Part shown: in pieces, positions 8,541 through 17,399 of the stretch
How the letters are laid out: each line of letters starts with the position of its first letter
How positions within the stretch are numbered: the first letter of the stretch is position 1
From: an uncultured Erysipelotrichaceae bacterium
Lineage (GTDB): Bacteria; Bacillota_I; Bacilli_A; Erysipelotrichales; Erysipelotrichaceae
Assembly: GCA_902796525.1 (NCBI GenBank)
Contig: CADBPB010000225.1
Span: 1-28,386 of the forward strand
Reading direction: 5' to 3'
Length of the DNA: 28,386 bases
Translations under genes and position numbers: made by a program
Notes under the pieces: generated by a model
What the model saw: the letters and a program-made list of their open reading frames with translations, nothing else
What the model was told of the DNA's origin: nothing
Databases searched by the model: none

Positions 8541-10364
8541 CTATCTGTTTGCTTCGATGTATTCGTCCACGGCTTCTTCCAGGATGTTGAAAGGAAGCGG
8601 GCCGTTCTTCATCAGGGTCTCATGATAGGCGACATAATCGAACTTGTCTCCTAAAAGTCCTTTGGCTTTCTCGCATAATGAAATGAACGAGGATGCTCCT
8701 AAGCCGTAGGTGCAATAAAGACCTGGCATTTCGATCATGAAGTTCATCATTTCTCTGGCACTGTCCTTATCGAAACTCATCAGCATGGATTCTTTTTCAA
8801 AATAATCAGCGATCTCCTGTGCCGTATAACCGTAGTAGTTCGTCATCAGATCGATCAGAGAATAATAGAAGAAATACCACGCGTCCTCGATAAACAGAGC
8901 CATGGCGGCATAATCGTTGTCGATGCCGCTAAAGAGATAGGCATAATACTGCGCATTGACAGCCCAGCCTTCGGTATAGCCTCCGAAACCGATGACACTG
9001 CGGAAATCGTGCGGGTCGGTACGATGATAGAAGACATGCTGGTAAAGATGTCCCGGGAATCCTTCATGAGAGAGAGTTCCGTATGTCTCGAAACCGCCGA
9101 CCATATTGTTCGGATTGGTCCGAATGATATTCTGATTGGAATTGTCGATCGGTGAAGGCCAATAGTAAGCGATCGCGGTAGCCGGAGCCGTATCGGGATC
9201 CAGTTCCTGGATATCGTATTCCACATCGCCCAGATCCGGATAATAAGCTGCCAGATTCTTCCGCAGATATTCCAGACAGTCCCGGTTGACCAGCTCAAGG
9301 TTCTCGAGCTGTCCGTTCATCGCTTTCTGCAGTATGGCGTTGGCTTCCGCATCATAGAAACAGCTCACATAAGCCGCTTCCAGCAGAGAGATATTGTCTT
9401 TCAGTTCCTGGAAGACATCGTCGATAGGCTTGTTGCTGCTGCCATCGAGGTAATATGTCAGTTCCGCGTAGTCCTTGTTCAGCTTGTACAAGGCGTAGTC
9501 TTCGCTCTTTTCTTTGCCGCGATATTTTTCCACTTCTTTGCCGACTTTCTCATAGGCAGGAAGGACTTCGTTCAGGACGATCTCCCGATTTTTCTGCCTG
9601 TAGCTTTCTTTCTGGGCATCCGTAAGGAAATCGATCTCTTCCATCCTTTCATCGAATGTCGTGATCAGAGCATTGTCTTCTTTCTTGTTCAACATGCCGT
9701 CGCAGGTATCCACGGTATAGTCGATCCAGGCATCGATCATGCCCAGACCGGCCTTGCTTTGCTTTGCCGTATAGTCCAGCGCATCGTCGAAATAACGGTC
9801 GATATCGGCCAGACAAGTCAGATAGTCTTCCACGGATTCTTCATCGTAGAAGGTATAATCCGTAAAGTTGCTGATCAGATTCTCTGCCAGATTGGAACCG
9901 GAACTGAACAGGAACGCATACGGATAATAGGCATAGTCCGCCAGCGTCTCATAGAGGGAGTATTCCAGCGCTTCATAGTCGTACTGCTGACGGTAGGAAA
10001 GCGTGTCATAGTCGAAGCTCAGCAGTTCGTTGAGCTGATCCTCCATATATTTGAAATCCTCCTGAGGGAAACCGTAGCTGATCGTTCCCAGATCGACAGG
10101 CGGTTTTTCGATTCCGTACTTTTTATAATCGACGACACTGAAATGCATCGTCATAAAATCCGCTGCCATTCCTTCTCTGAACACCTTATCCAGGAAAGCA
10201 TCGAACTCCTTGCTGTCTTCGCGTCCCGTCTTGTCTTTCGGGCGGGTCTCGAAATTGCGTATCTTTTCCAAATACTTCGGACCGTTCTCATCGATCACGA
10301 TCTTCTTGTTTGTGCATGATACCAGCAGCAAGCCCAGCATCACCAGTGTCAATAGTTTTTTCAT
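8541..10364 (-). CDS. DUF885-family lipoprotein (putative gluzincin metallopeptidase)
   Basis: Lipobox LLVSC after MKK plus hydrophobic stretch; HEGFPGHLYQ and EGWA motifs. Start moved to 10364 (AGAGGT SD). Confidence 0.85.
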   Translation of the reverse strand: MKKLLTLVMLGLLLVSCTNKKIVIDENGPKYLEKIRNFETRPKDKTGREDSKEFDAFLDKVFREGMAADFMTMHFSVVDYKKYGIEKPPVDLGTISYGFPQEDFKYMEDQLNELLSFDYDTLSYRQQYDYEALEYSLYETLADYAYYPYAFLFSSGSNLAENLISNFTDYTFYDEESVEDYLTCLADIDRYFDDALDYTAKQSKAGLGMIDAWIDYTVDTCDGMLNKKEDNALITTFDERMEEIDFLTDAQKESYRQKNREIVLNEVLPAYEKVGKEVEKYRGKEKSEDYALYKLNKDYAELTYYLDGSSNKPIDDVFQELKDNISLLEAAYVSCFYDAEANAILQKAMNGQLENLELVNRDCLEYLRKNLAAYYPDLGDVEYDIQELDPDTAPATAIAYYWPSPIDNSNQNIIRTNPNNMVGGFETYGTLSHEGFPGHLYQHVFYHRTDPHDFRSVIGFGGYTEGWAVNAQYYAYLFSGIDNDYAAMALFIEDAWYFFYYSLIDLMTNYYGYTAQEIADYFEKESMLMSFDKDSAREMMNFMIEMPGLYCTYGLGASSFISLCEKAKGLLGDKFDYVAYHETLMKNGPLPFNILEEAVDEYIEANR

Positions 10365-10380
10365 ATCCGTACCTCTGAAA

Positions 10381-10392
10381 ATATTATAATAT
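10381..10392. promoter_or_regulatory. Overlapping divergent -10 boxes
   Basis: Perfect palindrome ATATTATAATAT gives TATAAT on both strands between divergent genes. Confidence 0.55.
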
Positions 10393-10398
10393 AAATAT

Positions 10399-10836
10399 AT
10401 GCTGACCGATAATATGAACCTGAGACAGATGATCGACTTCCAGCCGAACGAAGAAGACATGGCCATGCTGGATCTGGATGTGGTCGTCTATGCAAAGGCT
10501 TCGATCATTTCCATGACGAAACAGGATAACTACGACTTTATCCGTTTTCTGTTTACCGAACAGGATTTCAACATCTATTTCAAAGAATATGAAAAGACCG
10601 TATTCTATGACTTCGATGGAACGCGCATCCACGGAGAGAAATTCGTTACGGTCTTTGAACTGTATTCACTCTATAATTTCACAAATACTTCCGATTATCT
10701 CAAAGAAGTACTGGAAACATATACGCATGAAGCCGATGTGATCATCGACTTATATACCCATGATGACGAAGCCTACCGCTTATCCAATCTGGAAGCGATC
10801 GTCAAACTGGAAAAGATGGGAGATCTCAGGCTTTAG
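10399..10836 (+). CDS. Hypothetical acidic cytoplasmic protein (145 aa)
   Basis: Fills the gap between DUF885 and pcrA; host-like codon use; no family recognised. Confidence 0.7.
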   Translation: MLTDNMNLRQMIDFQPNEEDMAMLDLDVVVYAKASIISMTKQDNYDFIRFLFTEQDFNIYFKEYEKTVFYDFDGTRIHGEKFVTVFELYSLYNFTNTSDYLKEVLETYTHEADVIIDLYTHDDEAYRLSNLEAIVKLEKMGDLRL

Positions 10837-12974
10837 CTGTATTCTTCCTTTTTCTTTTTTCTTAAAGAAGGATGGCTTCCCAGGATCTTCTTGATCCCAT
10901 AAGGATGCTTGAAGGCGATCTCCAGAATGCCGGAGTCTTCCCTTAAGACCACTCCTTCCCCGAATGTTTCATGAATGACGATATCCCCGTTCCTGTACCT
11001 GTTGTCGACAGGTTTTTCTTTTCTTCGTTCGATGATGATATCGTCGTCGAAAATCGAAGAGTATCTCTCTTTCGGTTTTTCGTCGATATGATCGATATAG
11101 GCCTCATCGATTTCCTTGATGAAACGGGAAGCGATCTTGGAAGACTGTATGACATAGGAGAAACTGTTGGACTCCGTCAGGTACAGCAGCTTCTTGGCCC
11201 GGGTATAGGCCACATAAGCCAGACGCCGTTCTTCTTCCAGACCCTTCTGTCCTTCCGCAAGGGTCCGTTCGGATGGGAAGATCCCTTCGGACAAGCCGAT
11301 CACGAAGACGACTTCAAATTCCAGGCCTTTGGCGGAATGGATCGTACAGAGACTGACGACATCATCGACCTCCATGGAAGCGCGGTCGGTATATAATGCG
11401 ATCATCTGCAGATAGTCGTCCAGGGTGGATTCGGGATAATCCTCGGAGTACTGCTTGATGTCATCGAGCAGGGATTTGACGTTCTCCAGACGTTCCGTCT
11501 CTCCTTCATTTTCCAGCATCATCCGGTAGCCGGAATCATCCAGGACCTCCTGAAGAAGAAGCTCCAGATCGATCTCGTTCATATCCGCTTTCCATTTTTC
11601 AACCATCTTTACGAAATGATTCAGGACCTCTTTTCCTTTCGGGTACAGTCCGTTTTTGATCACATCGTACATGCTCATATTGCGCTCGTTGGCGATCGCC
11701 TGAATCGCATCGATGGTCTTGTTGCCGATGCTCCGTCTCGGGGTATTGATGATGCGGATGAATGCCAGGTCATCGCTTCTGGTGATCATTCGCAGATAGG
11801 CGAGGATGTCTTTGACCTCTTTGCGTTCATAGAAACGCAAACCGCCATAGATCACATAATGGACCCGGTTGTCGATCAGGACTTTTTCAATTTCTCGGGA
11901 AAGATAGTTGGCTCTGTACAGAACCGCCATGTCCCGATAGTTGTAGCCGTCGTCATGCAGTTTCATGATCTGGCTGACCACATAGTTGGCTTCCGAGATC
12001 TCGCTGTTGCAGCTCTTGTGGATGATCTTGGCGCCGTCTCCGTTCTTGGAATAGAGCCTCTTTTCGACTCTGGCGAGATTGTTTCTGATCACGCTATTGG
12101 CTCCGGAAAGGATATTGTTGGTGGAACGGTAGTTCTGATCCAGGATGATCGTTCTGGTATCCGGATAGTCCTTGTCCATATTGACGATGATATTGATGTC
12201 CGCGCCTCTCCAGGTGAAGATCGTCTGATCGGGATCGCCTACCACATATAGATTGTCATGGCAGGTCGCCAGCTGGCGGATCAGCAGATACTGTTCCTTA
12301 TCGACATCCTGAAACTCGTCCACATGGATGTAGTGGAAACGGGAAGACCATTTCTCTTTGATCTCAGGGAACTTCTGAAACAGCCTGGTCGTAAACAGGA
12401 TCAGATCATCGAAGTCCAAGGCATACATGTCTTTCAGGCGCTTGTCATAGTATTCATAGACCTTGGCTTTGTTCACGAGTCTGGGCTCCCCGTAACTGAA
12501 CGTCATCGCCTGCACGGGGTCGATGTGCTGATACTTCATATCCGCGATGTAATCCAGACAGCTTCCGTAAGGATAGTCGGACTTGCTGATGCCGATCTGC
12601 TTGTACGCTTCCTTGAGAACCTGTTTCTGGTCATCCGCATCGACGACCGTGAAGTTCTTCGGGTAATTCAAAGCGATGATATCTTCGGAAAGGATACGCA
12701 TGCATAAGGAATGGATGGTCGAAATATGACAGCCCGTCCCTTCATCTCCTAGCATGTCGTTGATCCTGTTTTTCATCTCTCGGGCTGCTTTGTTGGTAAA
12801 AGTGATGGCCAGGATATGATATGGCCTGACATTCTTCTTCTCGATCAGATAAGCGATGCGCATGGTTAAAACCCGGGTCTTGCCTGAGCCTGCGCCGGCA
12901 ATGATCCGGATGTGTTTGGACTCGTCGATGACGGCCTGTTTCTGGTTTTCGTTGAGATCGGAATATCGGATCAT
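10833..12974 (-). CDS. pcrA: ATP-dependent DNA helicase PcrA/UvrD
   Basis: AGAGSGKT, AITFTNKAAREM, VDEFQD, VGDPDQ, QNYRS, TIHSAKGLEF, EERRLAYVAYTRA, C-terminal Tudor-like HETFGEG. Confidence 0.97.
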   Translation of the reverse strand: MIRYSDLNENQKQAVIDESKHIRIIAGAGSGKTRVLTMRIAYLIEKKNVRPYHILAITFTNKAAREMKNRINDMLGDEGTGCHISTIHSLCMRILSEDIIALNYPKNFTVVDADDQKQVLKEAYKQIGISKSDYPYGSCLDYIADMKYQHIDPVQAMTFSYGEPRLVNKAKVYEYYDKRLKDMYALDFDDLILFTTRLFQKFPEIKEKWSSRFHYIHVDEFQDVDKEQYLLIRQLATCHDNLYVVGDPDQTIFTWRGADINIIVNMDKDYPDTRTIILDQNYRSTNNILSGANSVIRNNLARVEKRLYSKNGDGAKIIHKSCNSEISEANYVVSQIMKLHDDGYNYRDMAVLYRANYLSREIEKVLIDNRVHYVIYGGLRFYERKEVKDILAYLRMITRSDDLAFIRIINTPRRSIGNKTIDAIQAIANERNMSMYDVIKNGLYPKGKEVLNHFVKMVEKWKADMNEIDLELLLQEVLDDSGYRMMLENEGETERLENVKSLLDDIKQYSEDYPESTLDDYLQMIALYTDRASMEVDDVVSLCTIHSAKGLEFEVVFVIGLSEGIFPSERTLAEGQKGLEEERRLAYVAYTRAKKLLYLTESNSFSYVIQSSKIASRFIKEIDEAYIDHIDEKPKERYSSIFDDDIIIERRKEKPVDNRYRNGDIVIHETFGEGVVLREDSGILEIAFKHPYGIKKILGSHPSLRKKKKEEYS

Positions 12975-12975
12975 C

Positions 12976-14073
12976 TTAATACTTGCGTGTTTTCGCTAAA
13001 TAGTAGTTCTTATAGCCGGTGTCGGTCGTGACATCTTTCACCACTTTGATGTAGGAGGGAAGGATGACGCTTTCTTCGCCGTTGTCGGCGACTGCCAGAA
13101 TGCCCTTGCTCCTGTCGAAATCATAGACATCGAGCTTGTAGAATAGGTCGCCGCTGATGAAGGAATAACGCATCTTATCGGTCATTTCGATGCTGTGATC
13201 GATCTGGCGTTTGTATTCGTTATACTGCCTCTGGGTCAGGACTCGGTCGGTCTTGATCCTTTCGTGGGTGGAAAGATAATTGGCTTCGGAATAGGTATAA
13301 AGGATATCTTCGCCGACATGACGTTCCCTGATCCGTTTTTCGGAGCCGTCTTCGCTCAAGAGATAGTACTGGATGATATGGGCATCGGAATAGTTAGCTT
13401 CCTGCCGGAAACGTTCCAGCAGTCCCTCATCCACTTCGATGAGATACTTGTGATACTTCTCGATCGGATAGACATCCCCAAGATATTCGAAGACCGACTG
13501 TATCGCTTTCAGCATCTTGACTTCGAAGATGTCCTCGTTGCCGATGATGACGCGGTTGGGATGGTCCTTCCAGGCTTCCAGTGCCAGGTCATCCGCTCTG
13601 CGCGCTTCTTCGATGGTCTCGTATCTTGCGGCATTGTTCGAAAAGGTATAAGCCTCTTCCTTGCCTTTGGCGCTGGTCACAAGATGGACGACCATATCGT
13701 AACGGCCGTTGATCTCTTCCGGTTTCATATCGAATCCTTTGAGGATCTCACGGAACGCTTCTTCGCCGACATAAGACATGTCGTCAAACAGACCGCGGTC
13801 GATAAAGATGATGACCTTGTCGCCGCTCATCTCCTGTGCCGCCTTGAGACAGAGTTCCTCTTTCTTCAATTGCAAAGCGATGCAGTACTTCTGGAATTCG
13901 ACCATTCCCAAAGTCGCCGGGGAGATGCCTCCGGAAATCAGATCGGTCGCCGACTCGTTGTCGACGATCACCCGATAGCCGCGTTCCGCAAAGATCTGTC
14001 TTGCCTTGGAAGTAAAAGTCGTCTTGCCGGAACAAGGTCCGCCGGTAAATACGATGCGTTTAATCGATTTCAT
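12976..14073 (-). CDS. NadR/Ttd14-type (AAA_28) P-loop kinase fused to a degenerate CYTH domain
   Basis: GGPCSGKTT Walker A, IDRG motif, RYE. C-terminal CYTH-like scaffold (IQYYL, RIRER, K.RYSF, DVT.D..Y.NYYLA). Confidence 0.8.
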   Translation of the reverse strand: MKSIKRIVFTGGPCSGKTTFTSKARQIFAERGYRVIVDNESATDLISGGISPATLGMVEFQKYCIALQLKKEELCLKAAQEMSGDKVIIFIDRGLFDDMSYVGEEAFREILKGFDMKPEEINGRYDMVVHLVTSAKGKEEAYTFSNNAARYETIEEARRADDLALEAWKDHPNRVIIGNEDIFEVKMLKAIQSVFEYLGDVYPIEKYHKYLIEVDEGLLERFRQEANYSDAHIIQYYLLSEDGSEKRIRERHVGEDILYTYSEANYLSTHERIKTDRVLTQRQYNEYKRQIDHSIEMTDKMRYSFISGDLFYKLDVYDFDRSKGILAVADNGEESVILPSYIKVVKDVTTDTGYKNYYLAKTRKY

Positions 14074-14632
14074 ACATCATCCTCAATTTCTGATTCAATT
14101 TTGCGTATATGTTTTCAACGAACCACTTTTCCGTGGATCGCTGCAATGCTTCGTACAGTCCGAACCAGGCGACATTGGAATTCTCGTCTTCTTTGATGAC
14201 CAGGGGATCATGGTCATCCGCCTGCAGCAGATAAGTCACGTTAAGATGCAGGTGGGTCGGCACATAGATGCCCTTTTTGTAATGAGAATCGACTGTCAGG
14301 ACTTCCAGAGAGAAGATCTCATCACTTAAGGCTTTCACGTGTTCGATCCCGGATTCCTCCTTCACTTCTTTCAGTGCCACCCGCAGGCAATCCTCGTCGC
14401 CGTCGCAATGACCGCCCAGCCAGGACCAGGAATCATAGATCTTGTGATAGACCATCAGCACCTTGTCCATTTTCTCATTGACGACCCAGGCGGACGCCGT
14501 CATATGAGCCAGTTCGTTTTCCCGGTAGAAGGCATTTTCATAGGTATCCAGAAAAGCCAGGATGTTTGTTTTGTCTTTTTCTTCCTGGATATTGAATGGT
14601 TCATAATGACGGATCTGGTCATAGATATTCAC
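14060..14632 (-). CDS. NUDIX hydrolase
   Basis: Nudix box GHCDGDE-x7-KEVKEESGI, HMTASAWVVN; GTG start. Confidence 0.9.
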   Translation of the reverse strand: MNIYDQIRHYEPFNIQEEKDKTNILAFLDTYENAFYRENELAHMTASAWVVNEKMDKVLMVYHKIYDSWSWLGGHCDGDEDCLRVALKEVKEESGIEHVKALSDEIFSLEVLTVDSHYKKGIYVPTHLHLNVTYLLQADDHDPLVIKEDENSNVAWFGLYEALQRSTEKWFVENIYAKLNQKLRMMYEID

Positions 14633-14638
14633 ATACTT

Positions 14639-14662
14639 ATTTTACACCAAGCATGTTAAAAT
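14639..14662. promoter_or_regulatory. Back-to-back -10 boxes, each 6 nt from a start codon (leaderless)
   Basis: Minus strand: TAAAAT (14644-14639) + 6 nt + GTG. Plus strand: TG-T-TAAAAT (14654-14662) + 6 nt + ATG. No SD on either side. Confidence 0.6.
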
Positions 14663-14668
14663 TTAGTT

Positions 14669-15532
14669 ATGATTATAAGCGACTCTCTGAAAGGCTACGA
14701 ACTGCTCGATGCCGGCAACAAGATGAAACTGGAAAACTGGAACGGCATCCTGCTGGCGCGTCCCGATCCGATGGCTTTGTGGCCCAAAAACAGACCGGAA
14801 CTATGGGAAAAAGCGGATGCCTATTATGTCCGTTCTTCCAGCGGCGGAGGCCACTGGGAATACCGGAAACAGTTCAAGAACGCCTGGAATATCGGCTATA
14901 GAGATTTAGTATTCAAGGTCTCTCCGACCAACTTCAAGCATACCGGCTTGTTCCCGGAACAGAGCGCCAACTGGGATCTGATCTATGACCGCATTGCGAA
15001 AAGACCGGGCTGCAGGGTCCTGAATCTTTTTGCATACACGGGAGCGGCGACCATGGCGGCAGCCAAAGCAGGAGCGGAAGAAGTCGTCCATCTGGATGCT
15101 TCCAAAGGCATCAACGACTGGGCGAAAGAGAATATGAAACTCTCCCATCTGGAAGACAAGACGATACGGTTCATCGTCGATGATGCCTTGAAGTTTACCG
15201 CCAGAGAGATCCGCCGGGGACGGAAATACGATGCCATCATCATGGATCCTCCTTCCTATGGAAGAGGTCCGGACAACGAACTGTTCAAATTCGAAGACAA
15301 GATCAATCCGCTGATCGAGAACGCGCTTCAGCTGTTCAGCGACGATCCCCTCTTCTTTATCATCAATACCTATACGACCGGTTATTCCGCAACGGTCATG
15401 CATAATACCTTAAGAACCAATCTGCAGCAGCATGGTCTGGCCGGAACGGTGGAAGCCGATGAGATCGGCATTCCGATCAAGGATTCCGACCTGGTCCTGC
15501 CTTGCGGGCAGACGACAAGATGGCTGCCATGA
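14669..15532 (+). CDS. Class I SAM-dependent methyltransferase, RlmI/RlmK-like (no PUA domain)
   Basis: HTGLFPEQ, VLNLFAYTG SAM motif, IIMDPPSYG. Confidence 0.85.
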   Translation: MIISDSLKGYELLDAGNKMKLENWNGILLARPDPMALWPKNRPELWEKADAYYVRSSSGGGHWEYRKQFKNAWNIGYRDLVFKVSPTNFKHTGLFPEQSANWDLIYDRIAKRPGCRVLNLFAYTGAATMAAAKAGAEEVVHLDASKGINDWAKENMKLSHLEDKTIRFIVDDALKFTAREIRRGRKYDAIIMDPPSYGRGPDNELFKFEDKINPLIENALQLFSDDPLFFIINTYTTGYSATVMHNTLRTNLQQHGLAGTVEADEIGIPIKDSDLVLPCGQTTRWLP

Positions 15533-16170
15533 AAGTGATCTACGAAGACAATCATCTGCTGGTGGTGGAAAAACCTGCGAACGTTCCGATGCAGGCAGAC
15601 AGTTCGAAGGATGAAGATCTTTTAAATATGGCTAAAAGCTACATCAAGCAGAAATATCAGAAGCCGGGCGAAGTCTATCTGGGACTGGTGCATCGGCTGG
15701 ACCGTCCGGTCGGAGGCGTCTGCGTCTTTGCGCGTACTTCCAAGGCGGCTGGACGTCTAAGCAGGCAGATCCAGGATCACACATTCAAGAAGATCTATCT
15801 TGCGGTCGTCGAGGATCGCGGCTTGAAGGATCAGGGTCATTTCGAGGACTGTCTTCTGAAAGACGAACGCCGCAATATCGTCAGAGTCGACCCCAAAGGA
15901 AAACCGGCTTCCCTGGATTACGAGGTACTGAAAAGAAAGGATGATCTGGCTCTGGTAAAAGTCTATCTTCATACCGGAAGATCCCATCAGATCCGCGTCC
16001 AGTTCGCCAGCCGCAATCATCCGCTCTGGGGCGACCAGAAATACAATAAAAACGCGATCCCCAACAGGCAGATCGCGTTATGGTCCTATGAATTGAGCTT
16101 CCATCACCCTATCACGGATGAAGTCATGACATTCCGCTGTCCGATCGACCGCTATCCTTTCGATCTCTAG
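15529..16170 (+). CDS. RluA-family RNA pseudouridine synthase
   Basis: VIYEDNHLLVVEKP, catalytic VHRLD, HTGRSHQIRVQ, GDQKY. Start moved to 15529 (ATGA overlap). Confidence 0.93.
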   Translation: MKVIYEDNHLLVVEKPANVPMQADSSKDEDLLNMAKSYIKQKYQKPGEVYLGLVHRLDRPVGGVCVFARTSKAAGRLSRQIQDHTFKKIYLAVVEDRGLKDQGHFEDCLLKDERRNIVRVDPKGKPASLDYEVLKRKDDLALVKVYLHTGRSHQIRVQFASRNHPLWGDQKYNKNAIPNRQIALWSYELSFHHPITDEVMTFRCPIDRYPFDL

Positions 16171-17399
16171 TTATTCTTTTTATAAGCCAGAGAATCCTCG
16201 CTCAGAAAAAGCTGCAAAGCTTTTTTAAATTGGCCGACATTCTCGATTTGAGAATACGCTCCGGTAAAGACGCCTTCATCCGCAAAGATGGCGGTAGGAT
16301 AATTCACCAGTCCGAATTTCAGAAGATCGGAAGGAACTCTGGCCAGGCTGGAAACGACCGGAGCATCAAAGCTTACGTCCATGTGCCTTAAAGCCGCACT
16401 GGATGATTCCATGCCTTCCATTAGGATGACCGCGTAGTCATAGCTCTCATCGCTATGGATCAGTTCGTTGATGAATTCCACTTTATCCGTTTCGCTGTTG
16501 TCCCTGAGATAGGTATAGATAAATACGGTTTTTTTGTCCTTATAGGATGTGAAGTCTTTGACTTCATCGATATACGCGGAATTGCTGTTGGCGCCGTGCT
16601 TCTTGTAGTCGATGGTCTTGCCTATCATGGACAGGGTCAGTTCTTTGGTCTTGCCGTCATGGTCGAGTTCGGAAAGCTTTTCCCGGTTTTCTGCGCTTAG
16701 TGAAGCTTCGACATCCTCCATGCTGCGGTTGATGCTCAGAAGGTCTTCTCCCTCTTCTGTTACGAGCTCAGAACGGCTGATCTTATCGACGAAACCGATC
16801 TCATAGACCAGGGGCAGCGTTTCCATCTTCATTTCCCCGGCATTGACGAAACTGACTTTACCCTGATCGAAAGCGATCAACGTCGGATAGAGCTTCACAT
16901 GCAGGCTGCCGGTGATATACTGATGAAAATCATCGTCCCGGGAAATAACGACAAGATCTTCCGGAATCGCGATCCCATGCCGTTCATATAGATCTCTGAT
17001 CTCTTCTTCGGTCCCGACATTGAAATACTGTACGAAAGTGACATCGTCATAGTTCAGGATCTCGTTGACATAGGACAGCTGATTCTGGCAATGGCCGCAG
17101 CTGACTGAGACGATCTCCAGCCAGACTTTATCATGTTCCTCGAAACGAAACGGCTCGCCGTCGATGTCGGTCAGCGTGCCTTCATAGGCATCCTGAAACA
17201 GCATCTGGAACTGGTAGTTCTGATAATAGGCGTCATTGTTTGCCGCCTGCAGACGATCCTGCAGCTTCGCATCGATCTCATCAAAAAGCAATACATCTTT
17301 CATCGGTTCGATGTATTCTTTTGTATCATGATCTGTTTCTTCCGGTTTTGCGCATGAAGCGCACAAAAGCAGAAGAACGAGCAACAGTTTTTTTAACAT
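16167..17399 (-). CDS. Lipoprotein with tandem thioredoxin-like (TlpA/ResA-type) domains
   Basis: Lipobox-like LCASC; domain 1 has SCGHC and YPTL; domain 2 has YPTA but no CxxC. Confidence 0.7.
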   Translation of the reverse strand: MLKKLLLVLLLLCASCAKPEETDHDTKEYIEPMKDVLLFDEIDAKLQDRLQAANNDAYYQNYQFQMLFQDAYEGTLTDIDGEPFRFEEHDKVWLEIVSVSCGHCQNQLSYVNEILNYDDVTFVQYFNVGTEEEIRDLYERHGIAIPEDLVVISRDDDFHQYITGSLHVKLYPTLIAFDQGKVSFVNAGEMKMETLPLVYEIGFVDKISRSELVTEEGEDLLSINRSMEDVEASLSAENREKLSELDHDGKTKELTLSMIGKTIDYKKHGANSNSAYIDEVKDFTSYKDKKTVFIYTYLRDNSETDKVEFINELIHSDESYDYAVILMEGMESSSAALRHMDVSFDAPVVSSLARVPSDLLKFGLVNYPTAIFADEGVFTGAYSQIENVGQFKKALQLFLSEDSLAYKKNN

